IMG/VR virus record: IMGVR_UViG_2681813305_000007
Direction: 5' to 3' (one strand)
Source: a virus
Taxonomy: Duplodnaviria; Heunggongvirae; Uroviricota; Caudoviricetes
Length of the DNA: 64,000 nucleotides
Part shown: positions 56,154-64,000 of the stretch, in pieces
Numbering within the stretch: the first letter of the stretch is position 1
Layout: each line of letters opens with the position of its first letter
Notes under the pieces: model-generated
Told to the model about the DNA's origin: nothing
Databases searched by the model: none
The model's input: the letters and a program-made list of their open reading frames with translations, nothing else
Position numbers and translations under genes: made by a program

Positions 56154-56411
56154 CTATTCATCCTGCGGTGGCGGGCCACCATAACCACGATCGAGGGACT
56201 GCTGATACATCTTCGTCCAGCGGCGCTTAAAGTAGAGATTAGTCAGGTAAGTCGCTACACCGATTATCACGCCGCTGGCCAGAGCAATAAAATTCCAGTC
56301 AAGCCCATGAAACCAGTCATAGGTCCTTGCCAGCCCGGTGCATATAAGGCCGCCTGACGTGCAGTACGAGGCCGCCGAAAAGATTTTGTCAGGCATTTTC
56401 ATAGTCTCCAC
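56154..56411 (-). CDS. Holin
   Basis: 85 aa, near-identical to 12402..12659. Confidence 0.6.
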   Translation of the reverse strand: METMKMPDKIFSAASYCTSGGLICTGLARTYDWFHGLDWNFIALASGVIIGVATYLTNLYFKRRWTKMYQQSLDRGYGGPPPQDE

Positions 56412-56672
56412 CTCCGATAATGTTCGGGGTGCTATCTGTAGTCAGTAAAAGGTTCAGGGCCGTCGGGCTGATTTACCAACAAAGCGTCGAGGGTGATTCC
56501 CGCGACCCTGAAAATAAAAAAGCCTGCGGTTAGGCAGGCAATAAGCATGAGGGTAATAGCAATGTCGGTGATGACCGAAAATACCCTGGCTGGGTCTGGC
56601 GGCCTGTTGCGCTGCGCCAACAACGCCCTGATGGATTGGATTATGAGCCCGTCATCAGGTCAGGCCATTATC

Positions 56673-56747
56673 TGGCGGGACAGGAAGGATTCGAACCTTC
56701 GACCATTCGGTTAACAGCCGAACGCACAACCGCTGTGCTTCTGACCC
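56673..56747 (-). tRNA. Phage-encoded tRNA-like gene, anticodon GTT (Asn) by manual folding
   Basis: The minus-strand sequence GGGTCAG-AA-GCAC-AGCGGTT-GTGC-G-TTCGG-CTGTTAA-CCGAA-TGGTC-GAAGG-TTCGAAT-CCTTC-CTGTCCC-G-CCA folds as a 7/4/5/5-bp cloverleaf with a TTCGAAT T-loop and an encoded CCA. There is one T-T mismatch in the acceptor stem and A at position 8. Confidence 0.5.
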
Positions 56748-56812
56748 CGAAATGAAAAAGGCCGCGAAATAGCGCAGCCCTTAATGCTTTATGGTTTTGC
56801 CTGAATTAGGCG

Positions 56813-56841
56813 AAAAAAAGCCCGCTCAGAGGGGCGGGCAG
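56813..56841 (-). terminator. Intrinsic terminator (GCCCGC(UC)-loop-GCGGGC plus U7) upstream of the tRNA-like gene
   Basis: A GC-rich hairpin followed on the minus strand by TTTTTTT. Confidence 0.55.
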
Positions 56842-57215
56842 AAGGTAGGAAATACTGATTCTTCAACGGTTCGAGGCGCACCTAATAGTCCGAGCTACCG
56901 ATTTACCAGGAGAGCGCTCGTTTTCCGTTACTACCTTTTAAACATAGCTGGAGAAGCCGAAACGGCAACCCCACTACCAAATGTCTTAGTAGTACTGCGT
57001 GGTGCCGGGTGCCTCCCGGTGAGCATGCCCCAGTCGGCATGGCCCGCGCTGCATTTACAGATCACTGTAAGTGACTGGTCGCCCCTCCGCATAGGGGGAT
57101 TCACCACACCAAAAATTTAACATCTGATGAAACTCGTTTCAATGCTCTACGACGATGTGACAGGGGTACTGATGCAATGCATCTCGCGAATACCCCTGTC
57201 GTGTCGCCGGAAAGC

Positions 57216-57244
57216 AAAAAGCCCAAGGCGTTAACCTCGGGCTT
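57216..57244 (-). terminator. tR'-like intrinsic terminator just downstream of Q (prophage B)
   Basis: The minus-strand AAGCCCGAGG-UUAACG-CCUUGGGCUU is followed by UUUUUGCUUU. Confidence 0.55.
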
Positions 57245-57311
57245 GAATTCTTTGTGTGTCGACAATCGAAGCTATGGCGACGATATCAGATTTACATGAA
57301 ATATATGCCTT

Positions 57312-58001
57312 TCAGTTCGGTTTTGCAAGACTTACATCTAAATTTGTCGCCTTTTGTTGTGAACGTGATCGCGTTACCGATATGAGAGCGTCGCTATCAA
57401 GCTTCACAAAACTGCTGCGCAGCGCCAGCCAATGAGGGAGGTAGGTTTCTGTCCATGTGGACTTTGCTACACCAACCAGCTCCGCCAGCGACTGGTATTC
57501 ATACGTCTCCCGCCCTGCCAGCTCGGCTTTGACATCCTGCGCGGCCAGCCAGATAAGTTGACGAAGGCGATCGACAGTCTTCTTCGCAATGCGTACGCCG
57601 GCCAGCTTCTTGCTGAATTGCTCCCATGCCCACCGGGTGATCGTCTCCTGGTGCTCCCAGCGGATATTGTCGCTGTAATTCCACAGCAGCCACGCTTTCT
57701 GATGCTCTTCCAGCGACAGCAGAGCCCGGCGCCAGCTGGCCGTCGAATACTCAACAGGCAGAACGAGAGCGATCGATGAACCCTTAGCGCGTGACTGGCT
57801 GCCACTCATCGGCGGGCCATCCGGGTTAACCATTTTTTGCTTTGCCTCGCTATAAACTTTCTTCCGGCCACGGCTGCGCGCCGTAGCGGTAAATTGCGCG
57901 TTCTCTGCAAAGGCCACCAGTTGCCCTTTCGTCGCACCGCTCAGATCGGCGGTGGCCACTATCAGCTGCTGGCGAACATACTGGAGGTATTGGGTGTTCA
58001 T
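57312..58001 (-). CDS. Late-gene antiterminator Q-like protein
   Basis: 229 aa in the Q position (upstream of tR' and the lysis cassette, downstream of the nin genes); a different family from prophage A's Q. Confidence 0.5.
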   Translation of the reverse strand: MNTQYLQYVRQQLIVATADLSGATKGQLVAFAENAQFTATARSRGRKKVYSEAKQKMVNPDGPPMSGSQSRAKGSSIALVLPVEYSTASWRRALLSLEEHQKAWLLWNYSDNIRWEHQETITRWAWEQFSKKLAGVRIAKKTVDRLRQLIWLAAQDVKAELAGRETYEYQSLAELVGVAKSTWTETYLPHWLALRSSFVKLDSDALISVTRSRSQQKATNLDVSLAKPN

Positions 58002-58528
58002 TTGGCAGCCTCTTGGTCGTGAAATGAAGGAATATAGAAATTTGCATATAACTGTCTGGCATACTCAGTCCTGGCTTTCGCCGCTTCTTGTGCAGTAGCA
58101 AAAAGACCAACGTAATGTGTTCTCCCGTTGGCCACTATGCTCGCCTGCCATTTCTTCCCTAACTCATTCCAGTACACCCCGGTAAATCCAGACTTATTTT
58201 TGCTTTTAGCTGCTCTATTTGCCGAGTTTTGAGAAAATGTAACGGCTCTTAAATTTTCAATGGCATTATTCGAACGATTCCTGTCAATGTGATCTATAAC
58301 CTCAGGCTCATCCCCGTACACATATAGCCAGGCAAGCCTGTGGGCCTTTCTGTTCTTTCCATAGATACGAATAACTCTGTATCCCTGACCATCAATGCAT
58401 CCTGCAATATCGCCAGGGTGCGCACTAGATGAGGCCTTTATTTTCCATCTAAAAATGCCGGTCTGCGGGTCGTATTCAAGGAGAGTCCTTAACAGCTCTT
58501 GGGTTATTGATTTTTCTGATTTACTCAT
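57998..58528 (-). CDS. HNH homing endonuclease with AP2 DNA-binding domain
   Basis: It has an HNH_3 region (…VIDHIDRNRSNNAIENLRAVTFSQN…) and an AP2-like region (…SGFTGVYWNELGKKWQASIVANGRTHYVGLFATAQEAAKAR…). Confidence 0.65.
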   Translation of the reverse strand: MSKSEKSITQELLRTLLEYDPQTGIFRWKIKASSSAHPGDIAGCIDGQGYRVIRIYGKNRKAHRLAWLYVYGDEPEVIDHIDRNRSNNAIENLRAVTFSQNSANRAAKSKNKSGFTGVYWNELGKKWQASIVANGRTHYVGLFATAQEAAKARTEYARQLYANFYIPSFHDQEAAK

Positions 58529-58654
58529 AACTCCCCCTTGAGAGACTTGCGATGAAATTGCGCAAAATTAAATAGTCAACCAGCACGGTTCCGCGGCTAC
58601 GCAAGAGGCGGAGCTTTTTCCAGCGGTCTCGGATGCGTTCGATAATGTCGTGGT

Positions 58655-59290
58655 TCATGCGGCCTCCCGCTGTTTCAGTGCTTTGAGCTTGGCGCGGTAC
58701 TCATCGCGGATACGAATAAAGTCTTCCCGGCGGTAGTTGGTCATTTCGTGGGGTCCGTTAAGCCAGTCGACATACTCCTGTCCGTAACGAGCGACCAGGC
58801 CAGCTTCGTATTGCTGAGCAACCGTCAACTCTTTGGCGGTGTACTTACCGGCCCCGGCATTGCACGATTTGCACTGCTTATGAGCGTTGCGCTCTTCAAA
58901 ACGCAACTCAGGGTAAGCGCCGACCGTTTTGAAGTGGCCGCAGTCCCACTGGCCGCCATGCAGATCAGGCGGGTTGGTCTCGCCGCAACTGATGCATGGC
59001 AAAGCAGCATCACGAGCGCGGATGTAGGCGTTGAATGCCTTCTGAGCCTGGGCTTTGTAGTAACCGTTAGGTCTGAGCTCAGCCAATCTTGCTTTACGGC
59101 GCTGGCGCCCCTCTTTCTCGGATTCGCGCTGGCGCTTAACCGCTCTGGCCTTCGCCGCTTCCCGGGCTTTTGCTGTCTGTTTTTTGCCGATCGCGCTAGC
59201 GCATTCAAAACTGCATACCACCTGCCCTTCCCGGGCAGGATGGAACCATTCGCGGCAGTGGGCGCATTTACGACGTGCTGGTTTACGCAT
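58655..59290 (-). CDS. ninG: NinG/Rap-like recombination endonuclease
   Basis: It has N-terminal and central Cys clusters (CAHCREWF…C..C, CISCGE…CGHF…CKSCN) in the lambda NinG arrangement. Confidence 0.7.
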   Translation of the reverse strand: MRKPARRKCAHCREWFHPAREGQVVCSFECASAIGKKQTAKAREAAKARAVKRQRESEKEGRQRRKARLAELRPNGYYKAQAQKAFNAYIRARDAALPCISCGETNPPDLHGGQWDCGHFKTVGAYPELRFEERNAHKQCKSCNAGAGKYTAKELTVAQQYEAGLVARYGQEYVDWLNGPHEMTNYRREDFIRIRDEYRAKLKALKQREAA

Positions 59291-59457
59291 GTGGCCTCCG
59301 TGCTCTCAGGCGTAGCCACTTCTTATCGACCAGGCGGGCGGTATAGTCTTTCAGGGTCGGGATGTCGGAAGGCTTATCTTCGACCTTGCGCTTGCGGCGC
59401 GCAGGCACGCGGAAGATGCCGCGCTCAATTACTTTGGCGAGAAGGCTGCTCATCAGG
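59283..59457 (-). CDS. Small basic nin-region protein (58 aa; start chosen at the ATGA overlap with NinB)
   Basis: From 59457 it reads MSSLLAKVIERGIFRVPARRKRKVEDKPSDIP…; the longer track ORF overlaps NinB. Confidence 0.3.
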
Positions 59458-59908
59458 CCTCCTGCTTTTGCTGCAGTTGCTGATATTCGCAACCGTGTGG
59501 AATGGTGAGAGCCAGACCAAACTGAGCGCACCAGGCCTCTACTTTGGTCAGGAAGATGTGCATTTCGCCGGTATCAAGATCGGAGGTATGCCGGGGTTCC
59601 CAGGTTGTGGTTTTCTCACCGGTGATGAAGTCGGTGTATGTCACCTCTTCGCAGCCGAGATAGGTCTTTTTTAGGTTCCGCTTAACCCACTCGGGAGTTG
59701 CGTCGGTACGTCCTGAGTTAATCAGGTATTCGCTGATTTCCGCGTACCACATGTGACTGAGTGCGTTCTGGCTCAGGCTGCGTTTTTCACGCCACTCTTT
59801 GACCTGCAGGCGAAGACATTTCCCGTCAGAGAGCTGCTCCTGAAGAATCTTGCCTATAGCGCTGAAGTTGCCGTTGTGCAGCTTGATGCCGCATTGAGGG
59901 ATGTTCAC
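59453..59908 (-). CDS. ninB: NinB/Orf-family recombination mediator
   Basis: …RSLSQNALSHMWYAEISEYL… parallels lambda NinB …RSLDQNRKLWACLGDVS…; it lies directly upstream of ninG. Confidence 0.65.
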   Translation of the reverse strand: MNIPQCGIKLHNGNFSAIGKILQEQLSDGKCLRLQVKEWREKRSLSQNALSHMWYAEISEYLINSGRTDATPEWVKRNLKKTYLGCEEVTYTDFITGEKTTTWEPRHTSDLDTGEMHIFLTKVEAWCAQFGLALTIPHGCEYQQLQQKQEA

Positions 59909-60160
59909 GCTTCACCTCCGCAGAGGCTAAACGCTGAATGCAGAAAATCGCCGGAGGCTTTCGCCATCGGTGACAGGGATTGCTGTAAGGTTTTGTGCGC
60001 CATGTGTCCCCACTTGGCGCCGGGGTAAAGTTGTCAGTTGTCCAGACTGACTAAGTAATTATCGCCCTTCCCGGGGATAAAAGCAAAATGAGCATATACG
60101 ATAAAACCCCTCAGGAGAGGGGTTTGATTTCAACTGGAGGCTTTGCGTTCTGCGGGGGAT

Positions 60161-60409
60161 TTAGGCATCGCCAACTTCCTCAAGAATCTTTGAAGCATCG
60201 ATTTTACTAAGGCGATTAACCATGGCTTCCATCTCCCTGCGCATGATTTTTTGAAGCACCCTATCTCTTCTGAAATGGCAAGGTTGTGGCCTGTGCTTAC
60301 GCTTTTCACGAAACGGAAGAGATGATGATTGCCAGTATCGCTTTCTGAGCGCCCCAGACTGCACCATGTCAGACCTGACGATTTCGCCTACCGTACTAGC
60401 CCTCGGCAT
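60161..60409 (-). CDS. Hypothetical nin-region protein (82 aa)
   Basis: The start at 60409 overlaps the upstream stop (TAATG/TGATG-type). Confidence 0.3.
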   Translation of the reverse strand: MPRASTVGEIVRSDMVQSGALRKRYWQSSSLPFREKRKHRPQPCHFRRDRVLQKIMRREMEAMVNRLSKIDASKILEEVGDA

Positions 60410-61056
60410 CACCTCACCTCCTGCGGCCCAGCCGGCAGCGGCATCCAGTGGGTTATATTCTTGGCAATGAATTGGTTTGCCTGCCAAGCACCAAATATGA
60501 ATGCGTAGGTAGTTACGTAACGATTATCCCAGCAAAGATATGCCCCATCATTTTCCGGCATCCGCTCGCTTACCGAAATCCATTTACCCGGTACGGTGGC
60601 AGGGTCACTGCCGGGAGACTGCGGGGCGGCTGCTAATGTGGAGTCGATGATATGCTGGCGCATCCAGTTAGCCCCACGCGCAAACACGTCTACTGGGTCT
60701 CCATAGTAATATCCTATTTCATATGCCTGCTCTGCTGTCATCTCGTCAGGAATTACCAACACTGGCTGCGCGTGGCGATAGAGCGGAATAACCTTGAAAC
60801 CACTCAACCACAAATCTCTTGCGCGCCCATCGTGACTGGTGACATGCCACATATCGAGATGATGCCATGCCCACAACACTGGCTCGCTGTCCATTGCGGC
60901 CTTGCGGCGTTCCTGTAGCTCTTCCAGAGCAATCGTCAGCGCGTAATAAAACGAGTGGTCAACTCGATTGTCGGCGAGTTCTGCGTTATCGCGCGCCAGT
61001 TTGACACTGTTCAAAAGCTGGATGACGCTGTTTTCTGCTAACTGGTTATTTGTCAT
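60409..61056 (-). CDS. DUF551-domain protein (nin region)
   Basis: From the ATG at 61056 (MTNNQLAENSV…); the C-terminus …GKWISVSERMPENDGAYLCWDNRYVTTYAFIFGAWQ… resembles DUF551. Confidence 0.45.
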   Translation of the reverse strand: MTNNQLAENSVIQLLNSVKLARDNAELADNRVDHSFYYALTIALEELQERRKAAMDSEPVLWAWHHLDMWHVTSHDGRARDLWLSGFKVIPLYRHAQPVLVIPDEMTAEQAYEIGYYYGDPVDVFARGANWMRQHIIDSTLAAAPQSPGSDPATVPGKWISVSERMPENDGAYLCWDNRYVTTYAFIFGAWQANQFIAKNITHWMPLPAGPQEVR

Positions 61057-61229
61057 TGGTTGGCTCCCCTTCCAAGTTCTGCGCAAATAAATCCTGCTAT
61101 AGTCGCGCCGCAGTGCCCGGCAATAAGCGCCCAAACAGGCACGTCAATCTTTGCCGCTACCATGCTTATCGGCGTAGCTCCCAAGCCGATGAATGCAATA
61201 GTGAGATAAATTTTCCAACGTTCTGCCAT
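61053..61229 (-). CDS. Unannotated 58-aa two-TM membrane protein (MAERWKIYLTIAFIGLGATPISMVAAKIDVPVWALIAGHCGATIAGFICAELGRGANQ)
   Basis: ATGA-type overlaps with the Ea22-like stop and the DUF551 start; it is not in the track because it is shorter than 60 aa. Confidence 0.4.
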   Translation of the reverse strand: MAERWKIYLTIAFIGLGATPISMVAAKIDVPVWALIAGHCGATIAGFICAELGRGANQ

Positions 61230-62071
61230 CACTCAGCCTCCATCTTGATGCCAGCGGCGGTGAGGCGTTTCTCAACCTCATCCAGGCAGCAATTCCAGGC
61301 ATTCCCTGCAAACGGAACGTTTGAACTATCAACCCTTGGAGGGAGCTTCACTGTGCGGGACTCCAGCTCGGCGATGCGCTGGCGCAGTGCTTCAATCTCC
61401 ATCTCTGCAGCATCGGCATAATGGACGTTTTCATGCTCCAGCGGCGGCAGATCTGGAGTGTTCACGCCAAACAGCGCCGCCAGTGCTCGATAGTTCTGCT
61501 CGCTGTGATAGCGACCTTTGCAGCGAACAAGCTTTTCGGCTGCTGCGCGGATGGCCTCAAGCTCATCAATTTTCACGTCGCTTTCGCAAGCCTGCTCATG
61601 TACCCGGGACGCCACCCGATGCCAACGGCGCTCGGCTGCCTGCGCCTTCTCCAGCTTTTCACTGGTCGACTCAGCTGTTTTTCTCCACGTTGCGCAAATA
61701 CGTTTCTCTGATTCCAGTGCCTCTACCAGCTCAACGTTTCGTTTTCCTTTGGCCTCAACCTGTCGATACAGCTCATCCCAACTTTTTGAGTTGTCGCGCA
61801 CCAGACTTGTCACGCGCTCTTCACGTGACTTGTAATACTCCAGCGCCTCTACCAGCGCGAGAACGTTGGCAGGGTTAGCGGCCTGGACGAACTCGCAGTT
61901 CTCCGCTGCATCTGGACCTACGAAGTGCGCGATGATGAATCCGCCGTTGGCCTGGTCATTTGCGCTACAACACGCTTCCCAGCCGTCGCCAGATTCTTTA
62001 ACCCAGTCGCCGTTACTCGCTTTCTCTGCCGCCGCTTTCAGGCTCTGCGCCAGTTCGGTGATATCAGTCAT
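61229..62071 (-). CDS. Ead/Ea22-like family protein
   Basis: It has the N-terminus typical of this family (MTDITELAQSLKAAAEKASNGDWVKESGDGWEAC…) and a long coiled-coil middle. Confidence 0.6.
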   Translation of the reverse strand: MTDITELAQSLKAAAEKASNGDWVKESGDGWEACCSANDQANGGFIIAHFVGPDAAENCEFVQAANPANVLALVEALEYYKSREERVTSLVRDNSKSWDELYRQVEAKGKRNVELVEALESEKRICATWRKTAESTSEKLEKAQAAERRWHRVASRVHEQACESDVKIDELEAIRAAAEKLVRCKGRYHSEQNYRALAALFGVNTPDLPPLEHENVHYADAAEMEIEALRQRIAELESRTVKLPPRVDSSNVPFAGNAWNCCLDEVEKRLTAAGIKMEAE

Positions 62072-62181
62072 GCTGCATCCTCACATTCGTGACTTTTCGG
62101 ATCGTCGGCTTTGTAATAACCGCCGCACAAATTGCAGCGGACTTCTGCCACATCGTCATAATTAGTAGTCCCGGTAATCAT
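62068..62181 (-). CDS. Unannotated 37-aa zinc-ribbon-like ORF (MITGTTNYDDVAEVRCNLCGGYYKADDPKSHECEDAA)
   Basis: ATGA overlaps at both ends; it has a CxxC…HEC motif. Confidence 0.35.
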   Translation of the reverse strand: MITGTTNYDDVAEVRCNLCGGYYKADDPKSHECEDAA

Positions 62182-62684
62182 TTGTCGGCCCCCTCGCGCA
62201 GTTGCTTGGCGAAGTCGTCAGCAGCAAGTGCAATCCCTTTTGCTAAAGCGTCAAAAAACTGGTCATCACCAGGAATTCGAAGTTTTGCCGCAAACTCCTC
62301 CACCCCGTCAGCCTTAATCCCGGCTACGATGCGATCGGTGGCGGGGGTGGCAGGCGCATGCATAATTGCGACAAGCATTGCATCATGCATGCAATCCGCA
62401 TCAGAGCATCCAAGCGCCTCTGCTGTTTTAAACTCCCGGTACATGTTTTTGAATGCATCCGTTTTGCACCATGCGTTGATGTCCTTCAGCGCCACATTCT
62501 CCGCAGCCAGTTGAGCATTTTGGTCTGCCAGCATATTCCCGGTTTTTATGGCGGCATCCAGTGAAGCGCTGCAAATGCGAAACTCTTTAGCCAGCTTCAG
62601 GAACTTCTGCTCTCTGATCGACAGCTCGCCTGCGCTCTCCATGGAGGCGATGAGCTTGTTTACTGCCTGTAGTGTGATAGTCAT
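62178..62684 (-). CDS. Hypothetical early/nin-region protein (start at the ATG at 62684; the track ORF is longer)
   Basis: MTITLQAVNKLIASMESAGELS…; ATGA overlap with the upstream gene's stop. Confidence 0.4.
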   Translation of the reverse strand: MTITLQAVNKLIASMESAGELSIREQKFLKLAKEFRICSASLDAAIKTGNMLADQNAQLAAENVALKDINAWCKTDAFKNMYREFKTAEALGCSDADCMHDAMLVAIMHAPATPATDRIVAGIKADGVEEFAAKLRIPGDDQFFDALAKGIALAADDFAKQLREGADK

Positions 62685-62977
62685 GCTGATGTTCTCCCGT
62701 AAACAGCCAGTACCCGCTTCATCGCCGGGCTTTGCCGACACTCGTTGAAAATCTGATTGGTGCTCTTCCTGCCTGCAATCTCTTCTTCGGTGGCCAACCG
62801 GTAGTAAACCGTACGCCACACGCGAGCTTCCGCTACCAGCACCCCCTGCTTTGCCAGGATATTTGCAGCCTGGTTGATGCAGGTATGCGTCATTCCGGAC
62901 GCTGCGGCGACATCTGGAGAACTGCAGGTTTTATGCGTTTTCAGGTAGTTCAAAATTGCGTCTTTTCCTGTCATCAA
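62681..62977 (-). CDS. Small winged-helix-like protein downstream of the replicative helicase
   Basis: 98 aa, coupled by ATGA overlaps. Confidence 0.4.
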   Translation of the reverse strand: MMTGKDAILNYLKTHKTCSSPDVAAASGMTHTCINQAANILAKQGVLVAEARVWRTVYYRLATEEEIAGRKSTNQIFNECRQSPAMKRVLAVYGRTSA

Positions 62978-64000
62978 AATCCACCCCGCTTGGTTGGTTT
63001 TTGCTCTTTCTCGCGCCGGCGCTGACTGGCAGCTTCCTGATCGCAGTCATAAATCGCTCCGTGACGTTGCTCGCAATAGACAACACCAGTCTCACCATGC
63101 CGGTTAAGGCGCAGGAGGAGCTCTGTGTCGCTCTGGTTTGCGTTCTCGTCGTAGGCGCCCTCCCGGTATATGGCCAGCCAGTAATCGCAGTCCTGCTCTA
63201 TCTGGCCTGTGTCGCGGGAGTCGCTCGGCAGCGGTCGCTTGTTGGTTCGCTTCTCCAGATCCCGGTTGAGCTGAGTCAGGAGAACGACGACGCAATCCAG
63301 CTCCTTAGCAAGAATCTTCAGGCCTTTGGTGATCAGCCCGTAAGCAAGGTCATTTCGCTCTGCCTTATCGGCAGTCATCAGCGTCAGGTAGTCAACAAGG
63401 ATCATTCCGACCTTGCCGCGTTCGCGCTTGATGCGACGTGACTCAGCCATGACATGCGCCAGTGAAATACCCGGTGTGTCATCAATCAGGAGATTGTTGG
63501 TTTCAATAAGGGCGCCCATTACACCGGTGGCCTTTTGCAGATCGCTGTTCCAGTCCCCGCGATAGCCGTAGTCATCCTTAGTCATGTCCGGGTAAAACAG
63601 GTTTGGAGAGATCCTCCCCTTCTGCGCAGTGATTTTCTCCACCATCTGCCCTTCCGGCATTTCGAGGGAGAACATAAGGGCCGGCTCGTTCTCGACCGTC
63701 GCGCAGTTGATCCCCATCTGGGTGTAGAGCGTGGTTTTACCCATCTTCGGGCGTGCGCCTATAACAAACAGGCTGCCACGCACAATGCGCTTCACACCGA
63801 GAAGTTCATCCAGAGAGCGGATCCCGGTCGACAACCCGCGGGAACGGCCATCCGGCTTGAGCCTTTCGTCGAATTCTGCTGACCAGTCAGTAACAGCGTC
63901 ATAGAACGTGCGAAGCCCAGTCCGTCGCCCTGTTTTTACGTGCTCGGTTATCTCAGTGAATAATCCCTGAATTGCGTCAAACTTCTGTTCTGCCGTCATG
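62974..64000 (-). CDS. DnaB-family replicative helicase, C-terminal RecA-like domain (gene continues beyond the window edge)
   Basis: Walker A is GARPKMGKTTL, Walker B/DnaB motifs are ILVDYLTLM and VVLLTQLNRD…, and there is an Arg finger region. The track ORF start at 63999 sits at the window boundary. Confidence 0.75.
   Translation of the reverse strand, partial: MTAEQKFDAIQGLFTEITEHVKTGRRTGLRTFYDAVTDWSAEFDERLKPDGRSRGLSTGIRSLDELLGVKRIVRGSLFVIGARPKMGKTTLYTQMGINCATVENEPALMFSLEMPEGQMVEKITAQKGRISPNLFYPDMTKDDYGYRGDWNSDLQKATGVMGALIETNNLLIDDTPGISLAHVMAESRRIKRERGKVGMILVDYLTLMTADKAERNDLAYGLITKGLKILAKELDCVVVLLTQLNRDLEKRTNKRPLPSDSRDTGQIEQDCDYWLAIYREGAYDENANQSDTELLLRLNRHGETGVVYCEQRHGAIYDCDQEAASQRRREKEQKPTKRGGF

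Noticed and set aside
56791-57120. 109-aa plus-strand ORF in the Q-holin interval
   Set aside because: No RBS; it crosses a terminator hairpin and GC-rich stem-loops, so RNA structure is the more likely explanation.
56842-57215. A second tRNA in this interval
   Set aside because: Several tRNA-like fragments (GGTTCGAG, a CACCACACC end) are present, but I could not fold a complete cloverleaf by hand; left as an unresolved structured region.
58748-59674. 308-aa plus-strand ORF
   Set aside because: Antisense to ninG, the small basic gene and ninB, which have clear family signatures; Ala/Gly/Arg-rich low-complexity translation.

Overview
The window is almost entirely temperate-phage DNA from an enterobacterial (Klebsiella/Enterobacter-like, about 52-55% GC) chromosome: two lambdoid prophages in the same orientation, head to tail. 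All domain/family names below are recalled from memory of the translated ORFs, not from any database search. Prophage A (1 to ~25.7 kb) has, on the minus strand, tail-sheath-like and tube-like genes (the tube gene is cut by an IS3-family element at the window start), head-tail joining genes, a major capsid/decoration/scaffold trio, minor head protein, portal, TerL, TerS, a GrlR-like moron, a lysis cassette (Rz1/Rz/SAR-endolysin/holin), Q, primase and SF2 helicase, then cro. On the plus strand it has a cI (HTH + S24 peptidase), a terminator, an AT-rich accessory cassette, a long translationally coupled early-left operon (including a 2-TM miniprotein + SPFH/band-7 lipoprotein module and a Rha regulator) and xis; int lies on the minus strand, followed by arm-type repeats. 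The junction (25.4-26.6 kb) carries a dinI-like gene and a convergent 94-aa gene, each behind a LexA (SOS) box. Prophage B (~26.2 kb to the window end, all late/replication genes on the minus strand) has a tailspike with a probable depolymerase, a J-like tip protein, NlpC/P60, and a tape measure. A 4.8-kb accessory island sits inside the tail module (two Bro-N antirepressors, an Arc/Mnt-like RHH pair, a KilA-N/P63C protein, two secreted proteins). It is followed by the major tail (Ig-like C-terminus), head-tail genes, major capsid, an AT-rich moron, minor head, portal, TerL, TerS, a plus-strand AT-rich moron, a lysis cassette nearly identical to prophage A's, a tRNA-like gene (Asn, GTT) and two terminators between holin and Q, and then Q, an HNH-AP2 endonuclease, NinG, NinB, DUF551, Ea22-like and a DnaB-like helicase cut by the window edge. 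The most interesting candidates are SOS-controlled trans-acting antirepressor/dinI modules at the inter-prophage junction, a membrane SPFH-containing coupled operon and a cI-adjacent AT-rich cassette in prophage A, and the island inserted in prophage B's tail module.
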